64,000 bases of DNA, from the NCBI GenBank assembly GCA_030704615.1, contig CM060734.1, positions 60,636,001 to 60,700,000 on the forward strand, given 5' to 3'. The stretch comes from Takakia lepidozioides (lineage: Eukaryota; Plantae; Bryophyta). Shown piece by piece: positions 11,613 to 25,185 of the stretch; the stretch's first letter is position 1; each line of letters starts with the position of its first letter. A program made the position numbers and the translations under genes. The notes under the pieces were generated by a model that saw only the letters and a program-made list of their open reading frames with translations, did not search any database and had not been told where the DNA came from.

Positions 11613-14600
11613 GGTTTGCAGCCAGGAACCAGGACAAGTATCCTGATGTCTACTCCCTTGTTAAGTCACATTTCTGATTCAATTCTTACTGCTAGACGCA
11701 CCATGCAGAAGATCTTGAGTTTATTCATTACAACTTCAAACTTAAGAGTGCGGGTGAGAAATTGGTATCGGTATTGGTATCAGTATTGAATTTCCAGGGA
11801 AAAGACATGCCCTTCAAAAGCACACACAACTAGGTCTCCTGCTGTAACCACTTTCCATGCCATGGGAAGCAGAAGGCTACTTAGCTCTCAAACTTGGGTC
11901 TGATTAGAGCTCGTCACAGGAGCTATGGTGTGATCCTTTGTTGGGCTCAAGAACCTATGTCATCCTACAACTTGGAATGTAAAATGTTGGCCATTGTGCT
12001 GGGGTTCCATAAGTGATGTGTGCAATGAAGCCAGTGTTTGTGACTCTGTTAGATGCAAATGGTGAGGAGTTTACAGGCTTGGTTCACTTTTCGCTCACAC
12101 ATTCTAATTACTGACTGTTGTTTCTTCACCAATTTGGATGTTTGAGGAAAGAACACCTCTGACCAAGTAGTCTGATCTCCGAACATTCCATATGTCTGGA
12201 AGTCTACTGAAGACCAAACTACTCGAGTCCCAGGACAAGTTGATCTCCTTCAAATCACTGCTGTTGACGATGCAGGCTTCTACACTACCGCTGCTATCAA
12301 CTGTCTTCTGTCGAGTAAAATAATCTCTCATAAGGGAGATTCAACACGGAATCTTGGCCTCCAACATCTTCCCAGTCCCATGATAGCATCTGTAGATTCA
12401 ATGTCATGGTTCCTGTCAGAGTGGCAGACCATCTCGAGTACCTTGCTAGTATTGTTCTGACAAAGTGCAATTAGGTTCAGACCTGGAATTCATTGCAGTG
12501 CCGAATTCAAGAATCTGGGAAAGTCAAGAGCATCTGCAGGATTGGAGTTGCAGGGAATAACTTGAAGAGATCAGTATACTTTAAGGTTTAAACACCAGAC
12601 ATTAACAGCAGATGAAGGTAGCATGCTTACCAGGTAGATGTGGTGTGGTGAAATGAGCACATGTGCAGCAGGTCATCAATCCCAATCATGGACAACTCTG
12701 AACACTAAATAAAATGGTGATGGAAGCAGATGCACTAAAAACCAGCACATGGAGCAGTCATACACAGTCTATTTCATCAATGCCAGCTCTCAGTATGCAC
12801 GAACGTTCACTGGAGGTATGATAAGTTAGAAGCTTCTGCTTTCAGAAGCTGTCTGAACTTCCAACACTGCGGTCAAACTGTTCATGGGCTCGACAGCAGC
12901 AGTCAAAGAGTTGAAAGAACTGTCAAGTTTGTGGAGAATAAGCATGACAAGCTGTTTTATGTCCACAACAGCGTCCGGGAAATAATTTCAGTTGAACCAG
13001 CCAATGGCCCCTCATTCTGAGAACCAACCGGCTAAGTGGGTTGGGGAGTGGGTTGCTTCCCCTTAATGGTAACTGCAATAGTCAATTTCCTATGTGAACA
13101 TACTCGGTAAATTTCCGAAGGTTTCAATTTTCACTCGGAAATCCTCCGAATCAGTCGGCTAGCATGTAACTAGCTGCCGGTTCTCCCCGTTGGTTGGTCC
13201 ACAACACCCATAAATAGGACAGCACCAGAGCCGAATATGGAGTCCATGTTGATGATGCTCGAAGTGTGCTCTAATAAGTAGGATGCGATATGTTACCCTC
13301 TTGTCCCCTGGAACGCTTGGAATCGGTCATCCTGTTGATGCCATATGGTTCTTCAATGGGGAAACTTGTTCTGATTTCGTGCCTTCAGTGGGCCTCAGGC
13401 TTCATAGTTTAGTAATTTTCGACATGTTTATGTCTGATTCCATGGATGTCAGATCTGAGGGTTGTGGGTGACGTCCATCGAGTGATTGTAATGTATGTAG
13501 AAGTCTTCGATCGGTATCCGAACTGGCTTTGGAGGAAGAAAGTAGACAACGTGTTCTCTCGTGAAAGAAATCACAGAGCTAATTTGACTTCACTAGGGGC
13601 GCAGCTTTGGTGGGCCACAACACGGCCTCATTATCACCCTTGTACCCTTTTCAAAGTAGAAGTCAAAGTGACAGTCATCACGATGCTTAGATTCCAAGTC
13701 TGTTCAAGCCAGGCCATGGCCCGCATTAAGATTAATAAGTTAAATCAGGCTTACTGCAACGGTACTCCGGGCCCCAGTGTTGGAGCGTACAGGACAGCTT
13801 CCTGATCGTGAACATTTATTATAACAATTTTATTCGATCGATACCGAGTTGTGCATGCATGCTAATTACAGATGGCAGTGGGACACATAAGTATTCGATC
13901 GTTTAAACAGTGGGCTAACATGCAGGGATTCTCGTCACGACGTCTCCCTCTCACTTGCGTTTTTTTATCAATACCTCTCCTGTTCATGATCGTGTGATTG
14001 ATCATTCCAGGCAGTAGGATTCATACAAGGACGAGCACTTGATCACTTATAAGACCACGCTTTATGGCAGCTTTAGCACAGTGTTGCACATGCTCAGCCT
14101 TCAGTTTCTTTCTTCTGAATCCAGTGATAAACTTGTTTAGAATAAAGGTACTCACTCGTACACTGGCCTGGAATACTTCTTCAACTAAGGACCACACAGC
14201 CAGAAACCGTGACCCACTTCGATCGTTGGCAAGAGGGGGGCGGAATCATGATAGTCCTCATCACACGTTTCCCAGTGTATAAACTTCGAAATACTTTGCA
14301 CTTTTTCGGGCCGCCACACACTGCGTGGACCGCTTTGAACATGGATATGTATTACGAGGGTGAACTTTCTGAAGTGATTCTCCTCTCTCTGTTCCTGGAG
14401 CTGTCCGCTGCATCTTCGGTGACCTTTCCAAATTTACAAACAATTTCAACAGACGCGCACCACCACCTGCAACCACCTCCCTCGACGATCAGCTCCACAA
14501 GTCCACCGGCGGCGATGTCTGACAGTCAACCGGCGGGCCCTCTCCTATCTTCCCGAGTGAGCATGTGATGGATGAACTCCGACAATTTACGGATGGATAT

Positions 14601-15786
14601 CATCGATCCTGCCTACTACCTCCGTACCTCTGTGGACGTGGACGATACTTTTTTTAGTTTTTAATTATTTTTCCGTTATTTCTTTATTAGAAGATTTAAC
14701 GGGGTTTTTTATTTAAAGAACAGGGGATAATTATTAAGTGTTTTTTTTTGGAAATTTGGAAAAGACTGCAGCGGCCAGCCTCTTCGTGTGGGATTGATGA
14801 CCCCCGTCGCGGGGCCGGGTCGTGGAAATCCCAGAACCCGGCCCGGTGACTTGGCACGAGGGGAGACCGTTTCCGGGTCCGAGCTCTTCACGAGAGCAGG
14901 ACGGTGCTGCGGTGTTGCGCTGCGCAGGCATCGATGTGGTGCATCCGCGCGAGAATTGAGACTTGCGATGCAGTCAAGCGTGCAGCAGCAGGTGCGGAGA
15001 AGCAGGACTGCGAGGGACCGGGAAGACACCAAGGGAAATTGTCTACTGTGTGTGTAGAGGTGCAGCTGATAGTTAGTCACTTGAAGGAAGAGGAGGAGGA
15101 GGAGGAGGAGAGGGAGTAGAAAACATCGCAGGAGGAAAATTTTGTGATTGGTCGGCGTGGACGAAGGTTCCGGAGGTGCAGAAACGGGATGGTGGAAGAT
15201 GGAGGAGGAGATAGACGAGCGTGGGATTTGAAGTGAAGGATTGGAGACGATTGAAGAGGTCTGTAAAAGGTTTTGTTGCTATTCCATCGGGAAAGTGAAG
15301 TGGCGAAATAATATTGGAGGCAGAGGCGGGAGTCACGAAGCTTGGTACGGGGAGATAGTATACAGGCCCAAAGAAGACAACTCTAAAGAAAGAGAGGAGG
15401 AGATGTAGAATCGAGAAACGGAATTGGAGAAGATTGAAACGATAATTACCAAAAAACAAAAGAGTCGAAGATAAATTTGGCTCGAGGCAGGAAAAGGTTG
15501 AAGAAAAAGGAACGAAAGGGGAAGGACGTAGCGAGCTGAATAGTTACTAGTGCATGAGAGGGAAACAAGAGAAATCAACCTCGACATAGGCAATCAAGAC
15601 GCAGAAATTCATGGTTCAGGAAGGACGTGATCAGGAAAGAGGACATTGAATGCAAAGATTGAGGTGATTGGTCGGTGCGGAGGGAGCAGAAGCTCATCAT
15701 ACTCGTAACGGTTGTTAGTTTACCAGAAGCGTCGCATTTGGACAAAGAGATACTACCATCAAGAGAATTGCACTGTCAGGATCATC

Positions 15787-18700
15787 ATGTCAACATCGGC
15801 TTACCGATGTCTCACAGTGCTTCTGCTTCTTTGTTCTCTCGTTCTTGCCAACACAACTGATATAGAAGACAGTATGCCTCAACTCCTCTTTCTCATCTTC
15901 AATCCTCTCCTTTCTATCTTTCTTTCATACCGCCCCTTCCCCCGCCTTCGCTGTTTCAGTCATCCATGCCATTCTTTGTAACGATTTCTCGAAGCGATTC
16001 CTGCAATGCTGCGGGGGTGAACTGTATTTGAAATTCCATCTGTTTATCTCCCACTAGCTTCCTCTATAAAAATTGGAAATGAGGAAGAATATAAGATAAC
16101 ACAAAAGTGATTGATCAACCTATCATCTCTGTTAGTTTGATGCTCTCCTTCGCTAACCACATCCCATCATATCAGGGCCCGCGCAGTGATTGTGCTCTTC
16201 CCAAGTCTAAGCTGCCCTCTGTCTAGCGACATGTTTGGACATTTTAAGAACCCACAAATGTAAAAATGCTTCTCCCTCCATCTAGGGATCCGTACAGGCT
16301 AGGCTTTTCCAGACCTTGTGGCGTTAAACCTGCATGCGCGTCCTGGTGGCTTAACCTGTATTCCGTAATTGAGAAATCCGAGTACTTAAAAGTTTTCTTG
16401 GCCTGCAGTGCAAGCCCTAATGGCTTTGAAGAACGGACTCTTGGAGGGGCAAGATTTCTCTATGGATCCATGCCATTGGAAAGTCATCCAATGCTCATCA
16501 GACAATCGAGTAATTTCCTTGTGAGTGCCATTATATCCTATCTACCATTTTTGCTGTATTTATGACTGCCAAGATTTATATTGTAGAAGGTTGTTGACCA
16601 TGCATGCCACTGACGAAAACAGCAGTTGCAGTTCGCTAGCTGCCCTTCTCCTGCCAGTGAATGAAGGGTATCGTCTTGCAGGATAGTGTCTTATACAAGT
16701 TCGTTATTTTTCCCCATATTAATGACGAAGAGAAGAATAACACCTCGGTGCGGTGGCAGGAATCTTTCAGGTTACGCCATCCCTGGGATAATTACAGCAG
16801 ATATTGGAAGTCTTACCTCACTTGAGCACTTGTGAGTCGTCAATTCCAAAAACACCAACAGTGTGTTCCTGTAAAAACACAATTGCTTGCGATGGAATGA
16901 GAGGGGCTAGCCAGGCTGATAGCTGAACATGGACTGAATGACACAATTTCGGGTCTTGTGAAAACATCAACGACATGTTTGTCTGTGATCAAATGCAATG
17001 TGTGCAGTTAACTCCTCCAGGATGCAGAGTCCAGGTTGACCAATTAGATCTGTCAAAAAACAGAAGAGGGCAGACATGGGGGACCAAGAGCAACCAGGAA
17101 AGCACATAATTAATAACCCTTGGTTCTCTGATAATACTTGAGTGGTTTTACTGACAGAAATCTTTCTTTCCACGAAGACATTATATGATGATACCCTTGG
17201 TTCTCACTTGTGTGGTTTTACTGACAGAAATCTTTCTAACAATTATTTGAGCGGCACCATTCCACCTGAAATCGGGAATTTGTTCGCATTGCAGACCTTG
17301 TAAGTTTCAACTGTCCTGTGGATCGCCGTCAAGCCTTTCCACGTGTTTGTGATTTTGTGAGGGCTGCTAGCTGGGAGGCCAGGGATGATCTGAGGGTGGG
17401 AGGCTGGCAAGAAAGGGCAGGAGGGAGAGAGGGAACTGAGCTTCTGTAGGCCTTGTTATGTGATGCATATGGCCAGGGACCTGCATAGCAACAACTTGAG
17501 TGGAAGCATTCCTACCACATTGGAGAACATCACAAATCTAAACTTGTTGTGAGTAATTTATAACCTAGTTGTCATTATTGCAGGTGCAAAGTATCTTACT
17601 AGAACTCCAATGACATTCATATTCTGGCACTGGCGTTGTTGGGAAAGAAGTATCAGGAACCATTTGGCTTTAAAGTACACATGTTTGTAGGGGATGTCAG
17701 TGAAATCTTTGTCACTTAACACCCCCCCGCCTCCCCCCCCCCCGGCCCCACGCCCCCTTACATCAGCCTACCTGCAGTATTGAAGTGGTGGAGTGTGGGA
17801 AGAGTGCGTCTTCAGTCTATACTTTGTGCCACACAAAGGTTTGATCTACCTACGCAGCATGCTCTAACCATCTATGTTTTGTGTTTCTTATTTTCATGCA
17901 GAGACTTATCGAATAATCATTTGACAGGAACTTTTGTCCTCGGCACCAAACTTGCAAAATCCTCAAACACCTCGTATGTGGCCTTGCAAACCCTGTACAT
18001 TTCGACCTGAATGACTTGGGGTAATTTGCGGGAGAAGAGATTAGAGTGGTGTCCTTGAGGATACTGAGGTCTTGCTCCTTTATGGTTGTGGCAGTATCTT
18101 CCCACTTTTCAAGTTGGCATATTTGTTCAGGTTTGAAGGCAATCCAGGCTTGTGCATTGAGACGGCCTCAAATCCATGTAGTGAAAGTGGTATGTTGATT
18201 GCTTACTTGCTAAGATATTCTTCTCTTCTGAATGCCGCACCAGAATAACGTTTTCACTTGTAATTCAGTGGCTGATAGATACTAGACAATTAAGTAGATT
18301 TTGGTATCAGTTTGGAAATGACATCTTTCAATCCTAGTCCAGCTGTTTTGTGATCAGAACATCAAGTCAAACTAAGCATTTGAGCCAGAGTATTTCCCAA
18401 TCCTTACTATTTGTTGTGTTGTACTCCCCCATGTGACAGGCCATCGACGACATGGCCTCAAACCTGGAGTAGTGGTTGGCATCGTTATTTCGACAGTAGC
18501 CATTGTTTTGTTTCTTCTTGGAGCAGTGATTATCTGCTGGAAAAGACCGCACGTCTTTTCCTTGCTTCATCCAGAAAAAAGTACGTTTTTATTCTTAACC
18601 TCTCAACCCAGGCATTTGCAACTCACAAATAGCATATAAGCTGCTGGTTGTTAGGGAGCTTACAGCCACCCTTTTCTGGATCGAGTTGGATAATCTATGC

Positions 18701-21412
18701 TTGATGGAGAGATCAACAAGAAGACGTTTATGTCATCGCTGGAATGTCCACCGATGGGACACTGTAGAACAACAGCAAATTTAAATGGTATCAAGTGTTG
18801 AACGGAGAGGGAGAGAGAGAGAGAGAGACAAAAAAACAATTGACATCTGCGGGAGAGAATTTACTCATAAGACGTTGTTTGCCGTAGCCTTGTGGCCACA
18901 GACCCCACGCCCAGTTTGGGCAGAACAAAAGGGACCAGAAATTACCTTTGTGAGGGGCTCACTCTGGTAGTTTGACTTACCTTGGTATAAGCAATTAGTT
19001 CAGGCTTTCCAGATATCCTCTAGAAAGCCCTTCACACAAGCATCAATCTGCTGTGTGTGAGCAGCCAAAAAGGTAGACCCCAGCAGGGCCAGGCCTTTAG
19101 GCTCAGGCTCAAGATTTGGAAGTTGGTGAACAGAGGTGCCGGGACAATGTTCTTGATCGTCCTGAAGAGGGTCACTCTCTGGTGAGAACATCTGCAGGAG
19201 AGAGTATAGGGGAGGAATGTGCTTTAAAAGTACTCTGATAAAACTGAGCCCGCATGTGGCAGATGACATGGATGGTGGGGCAAACAGAGTGATACGCTAC
19301 ACACTGCAGCAAATCAAGGCAGCTACTGAGCAATTTGCAGACAGCCAAATGCTCGGCCAAAGCACTTTTGGAGTGGTCTACAAGGGAAGCATTGATAATG
19401 GCCCGATTCTGGCAATCAAACGTCTCAATAACGCTGGCAAAATAGTAAGCAGCCTCTGTTACAGGACTGATCCTAATTTCATTTAATCTTGAGGTCCCTC
19501 TTCTCCTTCCCTATTCTGGCTTCACGGTTTGAGGATCCCTGTCATGCCTATTCTATCAATAACTCTATTTATCTGCAAGTGAAGGCCCGACGAACATTTC
19601 AAGAAGAAGTGGAGACCATATCAAGGCCGAGACATAAAAATGTGGCGAAGCTTGTGGGATTCTGCTCTACTTTCCGAGAAAAAATCCTTGTGTTTGAGTA
19701 TCTCCCTAGAGGCAGCCTCGATTCAGTTCTTCATGGTGAGTTGGAGCAAATGACATTTCTTGTAGCTTGGGTAGTTGTACAATGTACAGATACTTTCGCC
19801 ATTGCAGCAAGAAGTAGATATACTTACCACTTGAACTATAACCAGGATGTACCAATTGATTGTCATGGCTGGAGCAATGGCCATCTCTGTGTTTGAGTAA
19901 ATGCAGTCACTTTTACTGGACATTGCCTTTACTGGTGATGCTGTATTCCTGCATTTGATTGGGCATTTACATATGGGCAAATATGTAATATTGATCCAGA
20001 CTGCAGCTTGTAAAGGAGTATGTAAGTATCAGCGCCAAAAAGTTAACTGCAACTGGAAATGAAGGAGACTCACTTTTTGATGGATTTTTGTTATATCAGG
20101 GCGGTGGCATGGAGAGTCACTGGATTGGGAGAAGAGGAAAACAGTATTGTTGGGAGTAGCAAAAGGCCTTGCTTATCTGCATCATATGAACCCACAGATA
20201 GTACATGGTGCAGTGAAGGCCAGCAATGTGTTGATCGAGGATGACCTCACTCCCAAGCTGACTGACTACAACATCAGTCGTCCAATGCAGAGACGAGCGG
20301 CACCTTCCTTCTCTGATGTCGAGTGGGCAATTGGATACTTAGCTCCTGGTAAGTTCATTTACTCTCTTTATCGTTTGTCATCAGATTCTTAGTTTGGTGT
20401 CTTTGTGTCTCTATCTTTGTCTCCCCCGTCTATGACCCATCGTCTGCGTAAACAATAAAAGCCTGTTTATTTTGGTGAGCATAAAAGAGGGGAGGAAAGA
20501 GGGGGAGGAAGAGGGATGGAAGAGTAGGGAACAGGACTCGGTACTCCAGGAGAAAAATCTAATGTTTTGGATTCATTTTTTATGCAGAGCTGTTAGAGAG
20601 GGAGAACCGTTCACCACAAAGCGACTGCTACAGTTTTGGCTTCTTACTGGTGGAGGTGGTGACAGGAAAGCGACCATGGCAGCTTCTAACGTTTGTCAAA
20701 GATGGCCACTATACCCATCTCCGTGCATTGGTAGATATCACCTTCCTTCGTTCTTTACTTGACTCTGTAGTTTGGCCATCGGATTTGCTGTTCAGAATTC
20801 ATTAGTTTGGCAAGCTGAAGAGGTGCCAGGCAGTTGGCACGCTGGGCCTCATGGAATGCCGAATCAGATTCAAAGGACATAGTCAACTTCGTTTCTTTTC
20901 TAGATAGAACCACTGGATCACAATTCCACTTAGGATGAGATGTTGCTTACTCCTCTTTCTTTCTAAGCGTCTTGCTAGATGGAACATTAATAAACCTGAG
21001 GTAGATGTCAATTCACAAGTAGTATGAGTCACTAAAATGCTCCAGTCTCCTATCGACATTGTGGACGATGCAGGTAGAGGCCTCATATTCCAAGGAGGGC
21101 TTGCAACGGCTGGTGGATGTACAGCTCAGACATCCACCCTTATGGGAAGTCAAAAAGATTCTAGAGCTCGCAGTGATGTGCATGGACGAGAGACCAGTGT
21201 TTAGACCTCCGATGGCCGATGTTGTTCAATTCCTTGTGGAAGAGCTTCTCATCACAAATCGGTCGACCGACTTTGATAGCTTGTTCATTGACCTGGTCAT
21301 GGACCCCCTAAATGACGGTTTTCAGCTACAAACCCCCACCCGGAAAGGCAGCGTTCGAAGGACGGCAGACTCCTTGCTACCTAGCTCTCCCTCGAATGCG
21401 GTGAACAGATAG
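15787..21412 (+). CDS. LRR receptor-like pseudokinase (signal peptide, LRRNT, 4 LRRs, TM, kinase-like domain); exons 15787-15871, 16409-16520, 16760-16831, 17228-17299, 17477-17548, 17902-17973, 18131-18189, 18440-18580, 19263-19444, 19585-19735, 20100-20348, 20588-20730, 21074-21412
   Basis: Signal peptide MSTSAYRCLTVLLLLCSLVLA; DPCHWKVIQC cap; four 72-nt LRR exons (e.g. NLSNNYLSGTIPPEIGNL); FEGNPGLC; TM GVVVGIVISTVAIVLFLLGAVIIC; kinase subdomains AIKRL, HKNVAKLVGFC, GYLAPE, SDCYSFG. All exon phases join in frame. Confidence 0.92.
18852..19235 (-). mobile_element. LINE-like 3' fragment (copy D) in LRR-RLK intron 8
   Basis: Peptide KGLALLGSTFLAAHTQQIDACVKGFLEDIWKA*; nucleotide similarity to 7633-7955; frameshifts and a stop. 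Confidence 0.65.
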
Positions 21413-23882
21413 TACTACGCTCCTGTCATCTGATTTTTTAACAAGAGCTTGTCTTATGGCGCTAGACGGTCGTCAACAAGCTACACACTCGGCTGCACAG
21501 AAAGGATTTTAAAGGGCTGTATCGTCCGGCCCGCCACTGGAAAGGCAACGCCGAATGTTTGGGGTGTTTTCTCCGTAAGTCTCATTGCTGCTGGGCTTGC
21601 CCACGCAGAGGGGTTCAGTCATTCCTCGTGTTGCTACTACGTGGCCCAGCAAAAAATAATAGAAGGACAACATGGAGACTGAAACCGCTCGTTTTGGCCC
21701 CAGCAACCGTCGTTTTCTGCTTCTCTTGAAACTAACGACCGCATATTATGTCTGGCAGAGGCGGGACGAAGGAATAGCGCCACTGTGAAGAGCAACCCTG
21801 GTGTGAAACTCTTCTAAAGAACGGAGTTCACTGGCCTGTTGGACCTGGGAACATACAGCGCCAGGCAAAGCCAGAACACAGTTGGAGTTTGAAAGGTCGT
21901 TGAGGTGCCTGATCCACAACTTATTTTTATACGAGGAGGATACCTAGATGGCTGGGTCTCATAAGTGGTCAGCGCTCACACGTATTGCGAATGTCATTGC
22001 CTTCTGGGCCTGGTATCGTCACTGCAATACATCTTGGAATGACCTTGGCACAACATACATTTTTAATCACTGGAGTTGCTTGTACATGTCACAAAAATTC
22101 CCAGGTACTGTAAATGGACTCAAAGGTCTTGGAAGCAATTTCGTGTTTGCCATAAGTAGCTTCCAAGTTTCCTCCCTGAGAGTCAGGAGCGACAACCCGC
22201 TAGTGCCCTCCTATGTACTCTGTAAATCCCCTTGTAGAGCAGTATGCTCTGTAAAAATCATTGGTCATAAAATCTTGGCTCTCTTGCTTTCATAAAGATC
22301 AAAAGTATGCCGCTTGGCAGGTGCTATTCTAGTGTGATTACATGTTCATACGTTCATACCCGAGTGTAGTGACGAATACAGCTTCATACAGACTTTCTCT
22401 CATTTGCCTCTTCAAAGGTCTTTCTTATATAAATCCCAGATCCCAATCAGCACCATGCGGTTCGGCGCTATTGGTTAGACATTAGATAAAATGAGCCTTT
22501 CAAATTTCATAAAGCACCTCAAAATTTTGCATAGTGTATTCTTATGGCAATTTATTAGGTGGAATAGCACAGTTATGGTTCCATGGCGCGTAATGCATGC
22601 TCTCCAACATCAGTGCATTCCGCGGGCATGGAATGCACTGTTGGGATTTTCTTTATCTTTACAATGTGCATCTTTTAAAGCGATACAAGGCAGAGAGTAG
22701 AAAGATAGCAAAATTTTGAGTTTCTTTATGCAGGGGAAAGCCCTCATGTCCTCACTTGGGGGCATTGTCCTATACCAAAAAAATCTCTAATTATCTGTAA
22801 ATGAGGCCTTTGGGTCTTGGGTTCAACCCATGCGCGGCCTTTGGGCCTGGGCTCTTGTCCCCTGCGTGCCTCTATGTGGCTCGGGTTTCCTTAGATAGAT
22901 ATTATTTAGTTATTTATTTGTATTGACAATTAAATTTTTTTAAATAATGGAAAAGTGATTTGTGAAAGGCCTACACTCTTGAGGTTATTTTTTCCTGCGT
23001 TCATCACCTTTCGACTCTCAGGGCATCTGTCCCCTCTTTTCTTTTTAATATCTGAATCTTATAATTGTTTTTGTGTTTTAATGTTTTTAATTTCCAGGAA
23101 GGTAGAGCACAGCTTGAAAAAAGGGGTATGACCCATTTCAGGCTGAGACGGATTTAGGGTTGTTGGTGGGTCCATTGTAGCCATGGAATGAGTGTGATGC
23201 GCAATTGAAGTGTTGGTGAGAAGGCAATGATATACCAACACCGATCAACAACACACCTGACAGAGGTGACTTAAATATTTTTCTTAGTTTTTCTTTTGAA
23301 GAAAAGGGGAAAGATCAGGCGTTGTAAATCATATTGAGATCACATGGTAGCATAGAATCAAAGTGATCTCATACTCGGACTGAGAGAGAGTAAGACTCTC
23401 CGACCAACACGTGGTTAAGCGATGGAATGTCCTACAGACTCACCAAAAAAAGATACGAGGTAAACCTCATGGGCCTGGACAATGTCCGGGGTCAGTACCA
23501 TAGTGGAATTGAATTGCAACAGACGAGCTTGCAAGGTCTGGCAGAGTCAAGTCGGCTGCCTTCACCTCGACAGTGCAACCCAAAACACCCAAGTCCTCAA
23601 TACCTTGACTATTCCCTGCCCCTCCACTTGCGAAAATGGATATTACCATCTCTCAACAACTACATGAATCTTGTAGTGGTTTATTTGATGAACATGAGTA
23701 TAAGTAGCGCAATGATTTTGCTCACATGGATGCCAATCCGACGAGCATATTCCAACATAATGTTTTTTTTTTCTTAAAAGAAAAAGGGAGGAAACGGATG
23801 AAAAGAAGTAATGGACGGCCTGGATGGATCTCGTAGATCCTACGGCTATGGGGAAATTAGGGGCGGTGGACTCTTCACGCGA

Positions 23883-23950
23883 TCTAACGGCCACTATTGG
23901 ATGGCTTGGATCGACTCGGGAGATCCTACGGCTATAGGGGAGTTAGGGTT
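23883..23950 (+). promoter_or_regulatory. MSA-like element (TCTAACGGCCA) and telo-box (TTAGGGTTT) upstream of the Crinkler-like gene
   Basis: Match to the YCYAACGGYYA consensus at 23883-23893, flanked by two agatcctacggctat repeats; telo-box at about 23943. Confidence 0.4.
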
Positions 23951-24015
23951 TGGGGGATGACTTCTCTCCTCCCCTGCCATACTCAGATTTCTCTTTCGCT
24001 CTGATCGCGGATCCA

Positions 24016-25185
24016 ATGGCGGGTTCTGAGAAGGACTCTTTTATGGACCTGCTTCGTCCGAACATTTCGGACGAAGCAGTTCTGCAAGACTTTGATCAGA
24101 AATTACAGTGCAACGGCTTCACTCTATCAACATTGCTACAGATTACAGAGAGCGAGGTCGATAGCAATATCGATAAGTTGTTTCCAGAGGCATCTATGGG
24201 AGCAAAATTGGGTTTCAAGGTGGCGATTCGGTCAAAACAGCAACACCGTACGCCAGGTAATTCGTTCTGCTTTCAATCTGCTTTATTTATCAAAATTTGT
24301 GTAGGGTTTGTATGTGAACCAGGAAATGATGTGGAGCCTGTGGATGTCTTGAAGCGGTTGACAGACTTCATGACTAAGCAGGAGTTGAGGTGGGAATCTA
24401 AAAAGTCTGTACGAATTTCCGAGGTGGATACAGATGTATGGGCAGAGGTTCGGGATACTTCAAACATTGATATTAAACCTTATGAATATCAACTCATTGC
24501 TAGAGATCCACGCTTTGATGTGCCACCTTTTCAGTGGGGTGAAGGAGCAGAGAAGTCGCAGCATATAATGTAACCTGCAGAAGCATATTAAACTTCCGGG
24601 CCAGAAGTGGATGTTCGAAGAAGTTGCCAACGCCCATCCGCAGCTTTTAACAACTAAGAAACAGAAGCTGCTCGGTTATAACTTCAGGGGTACAACGGAT
24701 GTTGTGGTGGTGGATAAAAAGGCTCAACTGCCAGAAAACGGATTGAAGGTTATCATCGAGTTAAAGAAAGCTTTACGTAAAGGCAACCGGGATAGTAGGG
24801 CAGTTCATCAGACCGTCATCTCTCTACTTTTGGCGAAGGTTCTTTAGGATCGACGATTTGATTGTATGGTCTTATGAGTTTGATACATGGGCTAATGGGC
24901 TATTTGGAGGACTTTCTAAGTGACGAGCATGGAGTATGGGACGTTGATTTTGAGCAGGGAACATCGGACATGCGAAGGAAGCATCCACTGCCCTCGATGA
25001 GTGGCCCTATTTTGAAGTGGCGGAAGTTCCGACACCCAGAGATCGAAAAGCTTGATGAGCTTACAGGTTTTTTGGATGATGATGAGCTTCAATGCGATTG
25101 CATGGAGATTGTGATGAAGAATTTTCGCTCTATGTTATCGGATGGACAAGGACCATCTGAATTGCCACCAGGGATGTACAGCTGA
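24016..25185 (+). pseudogene. Crinkler(CRN)-type gene: helical N-terminal header plus PD-(D/E)xK restriction-endonuclease-like domain, disrupted
   Basis: Three ORF pieces: ...PPFQWGEGAEKSQ / LQKHIKLP...FRGTTDVVVVDK...KVIIELKK...VHQTVISLLLA / acidic tail. Putative 66-nt intron at 24257-24322, frameshift at about 24570, stop at 24845-24847. Confidence 0.6.

Noticed and set aside
12104-14568. Short ORFs between EFHC and the LRR-RLK
   Set aside because: No recognisable motifs or consistent exon chain.
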